Below are positions 23,776 to 36,292 of a stretch of DNA of 64,000 nt, one piece after another. The translations under genes were made by a program, and so were the position numbers. A model generated the notes under the pieces. It worked only from the letters and a program-made list of their open reading frames with translations. It made no database searches and was not told the origin of the DNA. Source of the DNA: Curvularia clavata (Eukaryota); NCBI GenBank assembly GCA_023920165.1, contig CP089274.1:4960001-5024000 (forward strand). The letters run 5' to 3'. Within the stretch, counting starts at the first letter, position 1. Each line of letters opens with the position of its first letter.

Positions 23776-25687
23776 ATGGGTTCTTCCAAGAGTCTCCAGC
23801 CTCTTCGCTCTGCCACCAAGACGCTAAACGCGCTGCCCGCAGCGTACGCTGGCGCTCAGGTTGCTTCACGACGATATGCGGGGACCCTTGCCAACTTCAA
23901 GGTTCCCACTATCAACAACGAGCCTAACGTAAGTTCGAGAGGACATGGTGATTTACTGTCTGATGGCTGATTGAGTATTTCAGCAACACTACGCCAAGGG
24001 TTCAGTAGACCGACAGAAGCTCCAAGATGCGGTGGCACGCATGAAGAAACAAGGACCAGTCGAGGTTCCTCTCGCTGTGGGAGGAGAATACGTAAGATGA
24101 AGAACGCTCGATATGATATTTCCATCTTATTAACAGCCTCCAGATCAAAACCTCGTCAATCCTCACTCAGAACAACCCCTCTTCTCACGCCGACGTCATC
24201 GCCAAGTACTCCAACGCCAGCCCTGCAGATGTCAAGAGAGCCATTGATGCTGCATTGGCAGCGAAGCCGGCATGGGAAGCGCTCCCTTTCGCCGACCGCG
24301 CTTCAGTCTTCCTCAAGGCGGCGGATCTCGTTGCTACCAAGTACAGATATGAGATTATGGCTGCGACCATGGTGGGACAGGGCAAGAATGCATGGCAGGC
24401 TGAGATTGATGCGGCAGCGGAGCTGTGCGATTTTCTGAGGTTCAATGTCAAGTACGCGGAGGAAACATATGGTCACCAGCCAGTACACAACGCTCCTGGA
24501 GTGTGGAAGTACGTACAATTGCTATTACCTAAGCCATGAATGAGGCTAACTGATACAGCCGCGTTGAGTACCGACCGCTCGAAGGTTTCGTTTACGCCGT
24601 ATCACCCTTCAACTTTACAGCCATTGGCGGCAATCTTCCTGCGGCCCCAGCTCTAATGGGCAACGTCGTCGTGTGGAAGCCATCCCCATCAGCAATTGCC
24701 TCGAACTGGCTCCTCTACCAGATCTTGATCGAGGCCGGCCTTCCCCCTAATGTCATCCAATGGGTCCCTGGTGACGCTGTGGAAGTGACACAGGAAGTCC
24801 TGGCTCACAAGCAATTCGCCTCTCTACACTACACCGGGAGTACAGCAGTCTTCCGCCAACTCTACGGCAAGATTGCCAACGGCGTCGCCGAAGGCAAATA
24901 CCAAAGCTACCCACGTATCGTTGGCGAAACCGGCGGCAAGAACTTTCATCTTATCCACAAAGACGCCGACATTCATAACGCCGCCATCCAAACCGTACGC
25001 GGCGCCTTTGAATACCAAGGCCAAAAATGCAGCGCCTGCTCCCGCCTCTATGTGCCTTCCTCGGCGTGGCCTGAATTCAAACAAATCCTCATCAACGAAG
25101 TCTCCGCCCTGAAAATCGGTCCTCCCACCGACTTCTCCAACTTCATCGGCCCCGTCATTCACGAAGCCTCGTTCAAGAAGCTTTCTTCTGTCATTGACGA
25201 AGCCAAGAATGACCCGGAGCTTGAGCTTGTTGTAGGCGGAAAATACGATAGCTCCCAGGGCTATTACATCCATCCTACCATCTACCAAACGCGAAACCCC
25301 AACCACCCCCTCCTTTCCCGCGAACTCTTCGGTCCCATCCTCGTTGCTTACGTCTATGACGACGCGGCGCCAGATGCTTTTGCCAATATCATCCACCAGA
25401 TCGACGAGACATCAGAGTACGCGCTTACCGGTGCGGTGTTCGCCAAGGATCGCGAGGTCATCAAGTTCGCATCCGATAAGCTGCGGAATGCGGCGGGTAA
25501 CTTCTACATCAACTGCAAGTGTACGGGTGCCGTTGTAGGTCAGCAGCCGTTTGGAGGCAGCCGGGCCAGCGGCACGAACGACAAGGCGGGCAGTGCGAAC
25601 TTGCTGGCCAGATTTGTCAACGTAAGGGCGGTGAAGGAGGAGTTTTTGCCTACGGAGAAGGTGGAGTACCCGAGTAATGAAGTGTAG
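23776..25687 (+). CDS. PUT2: Mitochondrial delta-1-pyrroline-5-carboxylate dehydrogenase; 3 introns
   Basis: Mitochondrial-type presequence, then FKVPTINNEP, GQGKNAWQAEIDAAAEL, SPFNFTAIG, GETGGKNFH, FEYQGQKCSA and QPFGGSRASGTNDKAG. Confidence 0.96.
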
Positions 25688-26199
25688 ATATGAAAAAAAG
25701 TTGGTTTGGATTTGAGTAGCATTGGATATGGCGTTGGATTAGGGTATTCTTTTGGTCTTAGGATCGTCCATGGAGAGACTGACCTATGGAACTTGCTTCA
25801 AGAAAACAATTTGGTATACGACTAAGAATAACACAGATTGGCCAGCTAAGTACACACTGGTTTGTTGAACAACGAGCTTGTGATAATGAGCAGTATGTGA
25901 TCAATGGGAATTTGAGATTAGTAGACAAGATTTGGTTATTATGCATATTAGACTTCGTCGAATTGTATACGGGTGCTGCTGTCCTTGTACATACACAACC
26001 TAAGCGCGTATGTACTGACAAATACTGTGTTACGTTCATCAGACGCCACTTTTTTCCTTATGCAATGTCCAGTTTGCCTCTCCAGTCCGCGGCTTAGCAA
26101 TCAAGTCGTGTGTACGTACTTGCCAAGACATGTATTCTCTTCCTGTTTTTACCTCGGTACCTTACCTTATTCATACGCACAGCCTCAACGGAATATCAA

Positions 26200-26447
26200 A
26201 TCAAACGCCCAATCAGAAATTTGGAAAAGACCATCGGACGACTTTTCTAGAAAGAAAACACGTCCTAATGCGCCACAGACGGGTACAACGAGTCGTTAGC
26301 ATATGAAAAAAAAACGTTTCACTAGTTGCATCTACACAAGATAAGATCAAACGTCCAATTAGAGATTTGAAAGCAAAAAAAAAATTACCGGACGAGTTCT
26401 AGAAAAGCGCAACGCCACAGTACGGTGGCAGCCGAGTCGTGCGCATA
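26200..26447 (+). repeat. Degenerate tandem duplication (~105-nt unit, period ~146 nt)
   Basis: Colinear blocks: atcaaacgcccaatcagaaatttgga / atcaaacgtccaattagagatttgaa; cggacga..ttctagaaa; cgccacag; cgagtcgt; gcata. Confidence 0.8.
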
Positions 26448-28429
26448 GTAGAAATCCAAGGGGGGCCAGACCCCATTTCGTTTCTATGGCTGGTTTGGGC
26501 GTGGTGGTTCAGGCACAAGGGGCGATCAGGAAAAGGTTCCCACTTGCGCCCACTTGGCGCGCTTCCTCTTGTTCCTCGCCAATTTCGGGGGGCGTGGTCT
26601 TGGTTGGGTTAGGGTGGGATGAAGTGAGGTTAGATTGGGCTGGGCGGACTGAGTTGGGCTGGGTCGGAGCGAGCGAGAGGAGCCGTTCAGGGACGGGAGA
26701 GGGAAGGAAAAAAGGGAAGCACATGTGGTGGCGTAAAAGCTTGGTTTTTGCTTGAGCAGGGCAGTTTGAACCGCGTGGGTAGAACTAGTGGGCTTGGGTG
26801 ATGTGCTGTTGTTGCTTGGTAGAGTTGGCTTGGTCCGGTTGATGGCTAACGGTAGCAGATCAGGAACGGAACCGTTTTTCGATCGTTGTACCCAGTTACC
26901 CAGGTGATGGGAAATTTTTGGGTTTGGAGGGGGGAGCTTGTTGTGGGTACTGCCCGACAGACCTAATTAATGGGTTGATAGTAAAAGGGGGCGTGCGCGG
27001 TTGCTAGGCTGTACTGTCTGTGCTTTCTGTATGCTTAAGTAAGGAAATTGTGACTCCTCGAGCATAGCGGAGGAATATCACGACGGCGGAATTTCAGGAC
27101 AACAATGCCCCTCTTCTCGCCCTTCCCCTCGTGACGTAAGATGAGGGAATGAGGGGCAGGAATTAGTCTACGGACGAGCAGGTGGTGCGATGGTGTGCGA
27201 CTAGTCTTAGAAATCCCAGACATGAAGATCGGAGTCGGTACACGGTGTTGAGTCCGATGTGGCGTATACAACGGCAAAGCGGACTTTAGGAGTACTCAAC
27301 GATTTCGTATATCCATCTTAGGGCCGAAACACGTAAGAAGGACTTGGTATGTCGAATCCCTATCAGGCAGCAAGCTGCGAATACTCAACACATGATCCTG
27401 TGGCCGTAGACATGTGGGTTGCTGAATAGCCATTTTCAGTCGTTCCACATGCAAGACGGCTTTAAATGGGAAATTTCCTTTGGCATACGATGCTTTCTCA
27501 TATCCGCATGTCGATCATACGACTGGGCAAAGCGTACATGTATTCTACGCGGTATACCAAGGTTGTTCTCGTATCATCGACTCTCCGACTCTCCGACCGT
27601 CCGCCCAGAGTCGTGACGAGCGACGCCCACGCGTCTGAACCCATCGACAGCGGGGCGGAGCGCGCGAGGAACGGACGCAAAGAGCAATGGGCGAAGCGAA
27701 AGTGGATCGATGAATTTATCGTATCAGCTATTCATATCCCACGGACGCATAGTTTATCTCCATGTGCCTCGGCATCTCGGTATGCTAGGGCCCGCAGAGA
27801 AAAAAAGGGTTGCGAGCGAGGCTGAAAAACTCGAGTCAAATCTTGGAATGCTATGACGTGCGCGATCTGCAGATTAGGTTGCTGCCGTGAGAATGCGTGG
27901 TTGCCACCACGTTCAGTCGCTTTCTCGGCGCTTCTTTTGTGTATTTCTGTGTGTGCGATTGGGTGCGGGGAGCGGAGAGGGCATGGGTAGGAGAGATGGG
28001 TAATTGTGCGCGTTCCGCAAAGGGACTAGCACTGCCGGGCCTCGGCCGAACAACCTTCAAGAATTTAGCATCATGTTGTCATAGGGCTCCGGCTCAGGGA
28101 TGGCACTGTTGGCAACGGGCGCGCCGCGAGTCGGAAAAGGTTCCAGATTGCTGGCGGCTGCGGGAGACAGATGCGTCGGCCGGGATTTTTTGTTCGAAGC
28201 GTCTGGCAGTGGGTTGGATCAAGCTGGTTTATATGTGGCGTGAGTCCCGCTTGCAATGGTGATCTCCCTCTTCTTCCACCAAGCCGACTTCTGTCGTCAT
28301 TGTTTCGTCTTTCCTCATACATATACCTTAGACTGTTTAATCTAATACCCCTCCTACTCCATCTGTTCTGAGACACAAACACACTAAAACAAGACATCAT
28401 CACTGGCCAATCCTACGACAACAACGACA

Positions 28430-30462
28430 ATGGAAAAGGACCGCGAGGTCGCCGCTGGCTCTGCCACGAATAGCAACAGCAGCAACATGGACGTCGAATC
28501 TGGAAGAGAAGGCATCTCACATTGGCAGATGATCACCGATCAGGGTGTCGTCACACGGGAGATTATGAACTACGACTACGAGGGTGCGGGCACAGAGGAG
28601 GATCCTTATGTCGTCGAGTGGATCGACAACGACCCCAGGAACCCCATGACCTGGCCCAAGACGAAGAAGTGGATCATCGCACTCGCTGTAGCAAACTCGG
28701 TGCTTGTTGTGTCCTTCTGCTCGTCTGCCTTCTCGGGAGGTAAGATTTGTGTCTTCGATATTACACAGGAGTTGGAAGCTAACATTCATCAGGTATCCAA
28801 CAAATCATGATGGAGTTCAAGGTTAGCCAAGAAGTCGTCACGCTCGGTGTATCCCTCTTCGTCCTCGGATTTGCGCTTGGTCCTCTCCTGTGGGCCCCCT
28901 TCTCCGAACTGTATGGTCGCCAGGTTGTGTTCTTGGGAACATACGCTGCTTTTATGGCATTCAATGCTGGTGTTGCTGGCGCGAACTCCATCTACTCGCT
29001 GCTCATCCTTCGATTCTTTGCCGCCGCTTTTGGATCCAGTCCTTTAACAAATGCCGGAGGTGTTATTGCTGACATCTTCACTGCCAACGAGCGAGGTCTT
29101 GCTATGAGCATCTTCTCTGCTGCCCCATTCATGGGTCCCGTCCTTGGTCCCATCATCGGTGGATTCCTTGGTATGACTGAAGGGTATGTACTGAAAACGT
29201 TTTCTCTGCAGGGCGTTAACTAACTCTTTTCTAGATGGAGATGGGTCAACGGTCTGATGGCCATCTGGGCCGGTGCTCTACTCATTGCTGTTGCCTTCCT
29301 TGTCCCCGAGACATACCCTCCTGTTCTTCTCCGAAAGCGTGCCGAGAAGCTTTCCAAGCTTACTGGCAAGGTTTACCGATCCCGCACCGACATTGATCAA
29401 GGAAAGGTCTCCCTTGGAGAGGCCTTCGCTACTGGTCTCAAGCGCCCCTGGATCCTCCTCTTCTGCGAGCCCATCGTCCTTCTTCTCTCGCTCTACCACG
29501 CCATCATCTACGGTATTCTCTACATGCTTTTCGGTGCTTTCCCCATTGTGTACCGCATGGGACGCCACTGGAACGAGGGTATCAGTGGACTGCCATTCAT
29601 TGCCGTTGCTATCGGAATTGCACTCGCCATCACCTATGTCATTACTGTCGACAACAAGATGTACATGAGGAAGGTACAAGAATCTGGTCGTGGATTCGCC
29701 CCTCCTGAGGCACGTCTGCCCATGTGCATCATCGGCGGTATTGCACTCCCTATTGGTCTCTTCTGGTTTGCCTGGACCAACTCTCCTTCCCTGCCATGGG
29801 CGATCAGTGTTGTCGCTTCCATCCCCTTCGGATTCGGTATGGTTCTTATCTTCCTGTCGATCATGAACTACCTCATCGACTCCTACACCATCTTTGCGGC
29901 GTCCGTCCTGGCTGGTAACGGTATCATCCGATCGGTCTTCGGTGCTGCTTTCCCTCTCTTTACTTCGCAAATGTACGACAACCTTGGCATTCACTGGGCA
30001 TCATCCGTTCCGGCTTTCCTTGCGATCGCCTGTCTCCCACTTCCCTTCCTCTTCTACAAGTATGGTGCCACTATCCGCGAGAAGTGCAAGTACGCCGCAC
30101 AGTCCGAGGCTTTTATGCAACGCATTCGGGACCAGCATGCTGCACGTGCGGCACGACAGCAGGCTGGTGCTGACTCCGAAGACACATCTCGTGCCAACAC
30201 TCTCACACCTCAAGAAGAAGAAGAAGTTGAGGAGGAGGCCCACATGGAGGAATCCGCGGGTAGATTCCAGGAGATGAAGACTGAAAAGGAGGCAGATAAC
30301 GATGGTTTGAAGAGGGTCCACACTGGACGTTCCACCAGGAGCCGAAGGACAGTGCGCGATCTCGAGTTCGACTCGAATCCATTCGATATTGACCGCGTCA
30401 ACACAAGAGAGAGCTTTGCGGGACGGCCGCGGGGCAACAGCCGAGCGAGCACCAAGCGATAG
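28430..30462 (+). CDS. MFS drug:H+ antiporter (DHA1 family; Tpo/Flu1-like polyamine or multidrug exporter); 2 introns
   Basis: DPRNPMTWP, GPLLWAPFSELYGR, GPVLGPIIGGF, PETYPPVLL, PPEARLP and YLIDSY; about 12 TM segments. Confidence 0.92.
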
Positions 30463-30909
30463 ACATGTGTTACGACGTTGTTTTCGAGATTGCATTTTCA
30501 CGGTTTAAAAGTTGAGTCGGATTTTCACGCATAGCATTAGCATATACCCCGTACCTTGAGTCATTAGTAGATTCTACACTTTTGTAATAATACCAAGATC
30601 AACCGATTACCACCAAACCTTTCCTCTTTGCAACTGCTAGTATGTTCTTGCTCAGTGATGTCTGTTTCATCTTTACTGTAGTACGTTCGTGATGTTACTA
30701 AAAACGGGGGATCCTCGGCGATCATCCGCCAGGGACGCGCCATTGCTGCCACTTGTATCAGTTTCGGTAGTAGCGCGTCCCATAGGGCACGGAGAGCAAC
30801 GCCTTCGGCCCTTCCTACACGTCTCACCCCCATAGATGACGGTGCACACACATGTGCTTACATTCCTTTTTAACCGTCGCTCCCGCACACAGCTGATGAT
30901 GCCCTAACC

Positions 30910-32729
30910 ATGCCTCGCGTGCGCATTCGCCATGTTGCTATCTGCGTGGCTATTGTCGTCTGGATCTGCTACTTCCTGCCCGCAGACCAAGGTGTCCAAT
31001 TCCAACAGGGCACCAATCACGATGCCACCGTATTACTGGCACGCTACATGAACGACGCATCTCTCGTCCGGCCTATCCGCGCAAGGCCGAGTAGTTTCGA
31101 TTGGAATTCTGTCAACTTTACCTACCCTCTGTCGCGCAAACCTAGCCTACCTGCGCCCTTTAAGAACCGGCCTCGAATACAGCACAGGCTCAGATCCGAA
31201 TCGCAAGAGGAGAGACGACTGGCGGTGAAAAAGGTGTTTAAGAAGAGCTGGGCTAGCTACAGGAGCAAGGCATGGATGAAGGATGCGCTGAAGCCCATTA
31301 GCGGAGGCTATGTCGACCAATTCTCTGGCTGGGCGGCGACATTGGTCGACAGTCTTGACACACTGTGGATCATGGGCATGCGCGACGAGTTCTACGAGGC
31401 TGTCGAGGCAGTTGGCACGATTGATTTTGGCGCATCGACCTCGGGGAGGGTGAATACGTTTGAGACGTGTATTCGGTAGGTGCTGTGATATGCAAGATTG
31501 TACATGGGATTCAGACTGACCTTCGTAGATATCTCGGCGGACTCCTAGCTGCGTACGATCTGAGTGGACACGAAGTACTAAAAGAGAAGGCAATTGAGGT
31601 TGGCGACTTGCTGTATGTTGCATTCAACACCGAAAACGGCATGCCAGTTGATTTTATCGACTTTGAGACAGCAAAGACGGGTGAAGGCCTGGTTGTGGAA
31701 AACCAGGTGGTTAGTGCAAGCCCTGGCACCATTACTTTGGAGTTCAGTAGGCTCAGTCAGATCACAGCAAACGACAAGTATTATGCTGCAGCATCGCGTC
31801 TCATGGACGTCTTCCACAAGGACCAGAATGCCACCAAGCTACCTGGAATGTGGCCCATGATGGTGTCTATGCGCAACCAGGATGTCGTTTCTGGATATCA
31901 ATTCACCATTGGCGGCAACGCAGATTCCCTCTACGAATACTTGCCCAAAGCCTATGCTTTGCTTGGTTCAGCAGACCCCAGCGCAGCCAAGTACGAAGTC
32001 ATGTCACGTGCCTTTATGGACACGGCAATGCAGAACCTTTTTTTCTCTCCTATGATACCAGGCAAAGAAGACATTCTCATCTCAGGAAATGTTGACGTTC
32101 TCGATAACGGCCCGAGTCTCGACCCCGAAAGCGAGCACCTTTCGTGCTTCATTGGTGGGCTTTATGCCCTTGGTGGACGCCTGTTCAACAATGACGAGTA
32201 TCTTGACCACGGAGCCAAGCTAGCTCGTGGTTGCGCCTACGCATACCAGGCCTTTCCATCTGGTATCATGCCAGAGAGATACAACATGGTCCTTTGCCCA
32301 GGCCCAGATCACCGCAAGCGCTGTGTTTGGGACGAGCAGCGGTATGCTGAAGCCGCAGCCGCCCGACCGCAACACAAACCCCATCTCCCCAAAGGCTTCA
32401 CCACTGCCAAAGATCCCCGATACATTCTCCGCCCAGAAGCCATTGAATCCGTATTCATACTCTGGCGCATCACAGGCGACCCAGTGTGGCGGGACATTGC
32501 ATGGACCATGTTCGAGGCTGTAGCCTCAGAAACAGACACTAAGCTTGCAAACGCGGCGATCATGGATGTTACGGTCAAGGGATCAGAGAAGGAGGACTAC
32601 ATGGAGAGTTTTTGGATGGCAGAGACGTTGAAGTATTTTTATCTGTGCTTTACGGATACGAGCCTCATCAGTCTGGATGACTTTGTGTTAAATACCGAAG
32701 CACATCCTTTCCGGCTGTCGAAGATTTAA
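30910..32729 (+). CDS. Class I alpha-1,2-mannosidase, glycoside hydrolase family 47; 1 intron
   Basis: N-terminal signal anchor, then ATLVDSLDTLWIMG, FETCIR|YLGGLLAAYDLS, ADSLYEYLPK, HLSCFIGG, YILRPEAIES, ESFWMAETLKYFYL and NTEAHP. Confidence 0.94.
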
Positions 32730-33363
32730 AACACAGTTCTGCTGTATAGAATGTGTTGCACGAAAGAATTGCTTTTTTCTCAGCAACCAGTGTTTCATGA
32801 ATAGGCCAATGAAATGGTCGACCTGCATCATGATCTTCAAACCTCTTCTTGACGTCTCCCCCATCAATGCAAGCCGCGTTGCCCCACTTCTGTCATGTTG
32901 CATCAAGCAGGGAGTGCCACAAGGCTTGATTGGCTTGGTACCTTGCTTGGGTGTTTCCAAACCCAGGGCGGGGCCCATAGATTGGGCAGATTAGCGTTGA
33001 ACATGCCGTGCTTACGTCCCTCCCCTCCTTCTTCCCCCCTTCGGAGTCCCGGACAAAAAAGACTGCTGATGGCATAAGCACTTCTTCTTTTTGGTCCCGT
33101 TTTAACTTTATCTCCTTTCTTTTCTTTCTCTTCAATCCTACTGCTAGTTCACTCTGTCACACTTCCACAGTCACTCTTTTTGACAGAAAACCTTACGATC
33201 GTTATTCACTGAGTTTTTCCTTACCGAAGACAACCCTCTAGCTGAAAGAACAGTTCGATTCTTTAAGACTGGCGAAACATCTATCTAGCAAATTTTGGAA
33301 GGGCGTCCTCTCTCAAAGTGACTTGCTATTCGTAATACCAACCACTTGTCGACTAAAGAAACA

Positions 33364-34284
33364 ATGCGTCTCTCCACCGTAGCAGCCACTCTGTTATCCG
33401 CCTCTCCACTGGCAGTATCAGCGGCCAAGGGAACCATGGGCTTCGCCTTGGGCACCAAGAACGCCGACGGATCCTGCAAGACTACTCAAGACTACGCCTC
33501 CGACTTCTCCGCCATCAAGTCTAACTCCGGCGCGACTATCGTACGCGGCTACGCCGCTTCCGACTGCGATATGGCAGCAAAGGCCCTTCCTGCCGCCCAA
33601 TCTGCCGGCTTCAAAGTTGTGCTAGGCATCTGGGCCGATCTCGATTCCTCTTTCAGCAAGGACCTCTCTGCCATCACTGCCGTCGCATCCACCTATGCCT
33701 CAACCATCTACGCCGTAACCGTCGGCAGCGAGACCCTCTACCGCGGCAACTTCACTGGAGCCGAACTCGCAGACAAAATTCGCACCGTAAAGTCTAAATT
33801 ACCTTCTGAAATCAAAGTCGGGACCGCCGACTCTTGGAACAAAGTCGCAGACGGTACGGCAAATGAAGTCATTCCTGCGTCTGATATCCTGCTCGTCAAT
33901 GCTTTTGCTTTCTGGCAAGGTGCTCGCGCTGGTGCCGATGCAACGAAGGTTTACTTCGACGATATGTATCAGGCTCTTACGCACATTGAGCAAGTGGCTG
34001 GTGGTAGGGACAAAGCACCCGAGGTTTGGAACGGCGAGACGGGGTGGCCAACGGCTGAAGGGACAGATTATGAGGCGGCAGAGGGTGGGTTGGAGAATGC
34101 GGCGAAGTTTTACAAGGAGGGATTCTGTGCGTTGTTGGAGTGGGGGTTCAATGCGTTTTACTTTGAGGCTTTTGATGAAGAATGGAAGCCTCACAGTGTA
34201 GGTGATAACGGTAAAGCTGCAGACGAGACAACGTGGGGGGCAATGACTGCGGATAGGAGGCCCAAGTTCGATCTGAAGTGTTAG
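33364..34284 (+). CDS. BGL2: Secreted GH17 beta-1,3-glucanase/glucanosyltransferase (Bgl2/Bgt1-like)
   Basis: Signal peptide MRLSTVAATLLSASPLAVSA, then VTVGSETLYR, VGTADSWN, GETGWPT and FEAFDEEWK. Confidence 0.92.
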   Translation: MRLSTVAATLLSASPLAVSAAKGTMGFALGTKNADGSCKTTQDYASDFSAIKSNSGATIVRGYAASDCDMAAKALPAAQSAGFKVVLGIWADLDSSFSKDLSAITAVASTYASTIYAVTVGSETLYRGNFTGAELADKIRTVKSKLPSEIKVGTADSWNKVADGTANEVIPASDILLVNAFAFWQGARAGADATKVYFDDMYQALTHIEQVAGGRDKAPEVWNGETGWPTAEGTDYEAAEGGLENAAKFYKEGFCALLEWGFNAFYFEAFDEEWKPHSVGDNGKAADETTWGAMTADRRPKFDLKC

Positions 34285-34739
34285 TTAGGATCGGTAGGGG
34301 TGATCAAAAACAGTAGGAGAGGATGTTGCAGGTGTGGTGCGACTTTTCCATTGGTAATTGTTGTCGCTCGTCTGGAAGGGAGAACCCAAGAAAAGAGTCA
34401 AAAAGAAAGTCTTTTATACATTCGCTGACACATATATTATACATACAGTTGGACATATTTGCTTTAGCAGAACTAACGTGGCAAGACTTTTTTCAAGTTC
34501 CTGATGAGTGTGCTCAATCAGCTGCAGATTTGCAATGGTTCTGACTTAAGGAGAATATTTTAGGCATCTGACTCCTGGCTAGAAGAAAAGAATCAACTTA
34601 GTGTATCACTCTAGCCATGACAAGGAGTTTAAAAGTGCACTGACAAAGCCCCTCGAATAGAATAAACTGTCTCCACTTCTCGCCACTTGTCAGATCAATT
34701 AAGCTGAGAATAGATGCTTTCCAACCATTCGATTCTTTC

Positions 34740-34858
34740 ACATACGACCATAGGCAAAGTTGACCTCTGGCTCTCGTCTGCTCGCCACACGATAAATCCT
34801 TGACCGGCGGGTTAGTAGTCAGGTGGGTGACCACTGGCGAATCCCCGCTGTCGTATGT
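34740..34858 (+). rRNA. 5S rRNA gene, dispersed copy 2 (same divergent isotype)
   Basis: 119 nt, identical to copy 1 except at RNA positions 60 and 99. Flanks are unrelated; T-runs follow downstream. Confidence 0.93.
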
Positions 34859-35127
34859 TTTCTATTTTTGTTCTCTTTTTTTGCATTTCTGTGTACGAGG
34901 GATATCGGATATTGCTAAAGGGATTGCCTATGGTTGTGTAGTTGGGTGGTGAGGGTGTTGTTTGGGTGTTGTGATTTGATAACATGACGGGGACTGTATG
35001 GGTACCAAGGAGAAAATGGCATGACTTTTTTTGTCTGACTGTGATATCTGATGAAAAAAAATCCGGTATAGTGTATAATTGGTGTTTGATACAATTATTT
35101 TGTCATGTACATGTTTGGGCTGTCGCG

Positions 35128-36074
35128 CTATTTCCTCACGACGGACCACCACTTGGAGAAACGCATGATGCTCATGTCGTAACCCTTCCACCAACAGTAG
35201 ACCCAGGAGACGGCCCAAGTCGAGCCCAAGATGACAGCAAGACCAACGAGATTAGAGTTCTTCCAAGACCAAGGTTCTTGTCCCTGCATCAAGACGAGAT
35301 TAGCTGCAACCCCCAAATCAACAGGTAGGTTTTCAGAGTCTTACATGAATACCCCCAGAAATACCCGCAAGACGCTTTTCAATGTCGCTAGACATGGAGA
35401 CAGCTTTGATGGAGTTAATTTCGAGGCTGAAATCGCCTTCCTGGGAGCCAAAGAAACTGTTGCATCCATTAGCCACAAGGTCAAAGAACAAACGTCGGAC
35501 AAGTACCTCCTAGCCATGATACTGAAGCGCTTCACACTCTCTGTATTCAATGGCTTTGTATGATTCTGCTCTCTACCGCGATACGTCGCTTTCATAGCAT
35601 GCCAAGGCACAAACAGACTAAGCCCACTCTTCGAGTCGAAGTCGTACTCGAAGTTAATCGACGACTGCTCGCGGCCATCTGGCATAGGCGGCAGCAACTC
35701 ATCCTTGAGCGTCAACGTGTACTTTTTGCTGTCGACATTGGCGAGGTCGAGAAAAATGCCGTCATAGGCGGACAGGTCCCACGATCGGTTCTCGCCTGTG
35801 GTGCGCTGGCTGGCGAACCCGGCGCCTCCCAGAGTCTTGGTGTCCAACGTGCCGTGAAAACAGGCAGAGGAACCCGAGATGGTGAGATACGACTGCGAAG
35901 AGCCGCCTCGCACGCGGTCGTCGCTGGCGGTCCAGTCTGACGCATTCCAACCTCTTTGGCCATGAAAAAAGCAATTAGCATAAGGCGTTTTTCATTTTAT
36001 GGGGCTCATGTAGCTAAAGGGAGGGCATATTACACTTTGCCGCCGAAGAGCGTAAGTTCATTCTGCTTCGCCAT
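35128..36074 (-). CDS. CIA30/NDUFAF1-family domain protein with predicted C-terminal TM tail; 3 introns
   Basis: WTASDDRVRGGSSQS, LGGAGFASQRT, KKYTLTLKD, PWHAMKATYRGRE and SFFGSQEGDFSL. The last exon carries LVGLAVILGSTWAVSWVYCWW. Confidence 0.85.
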
Positions 36075-36292
36075 TGTAAAAAATGGTTTCGGTGGGGAAA
36101 GCAATTGTTGGTCAGAAGGGACGACGTTTACATTGCTTCGTTCGGTCCTACTGACGTCGACACTGGTAAAGCCGAGGTCCGTGCTGGTCAGCAATCGCGT
36201 GCATCTAACGTGATGTCTCACCCTGTCTTGCAGAGACAGTTCATCCCATATTGGTTCTCGTGTTGTTGCAGCCGCATTTCATCTGAAAAACC

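Noticed and set aside
26606..26615. GGGTTAGGGT telomere-like 10-mer
   Set aside because: Isolated match in a G/T-rich tract; a telomerase RNA on that strand would run into PUT2.
26913..26920. AATTTTTG Sm-site-like motif (snRNA?)
   Set aside because: No U1, U2, U4 or U5 hallmark sequences upstream.
23305..34858. 119-bp direct repeats as LTRs or transposon ends flanking 11 kb
   Set aside because: They are 5S rRNA genes, and the enclosed genes are ordinary host genes.
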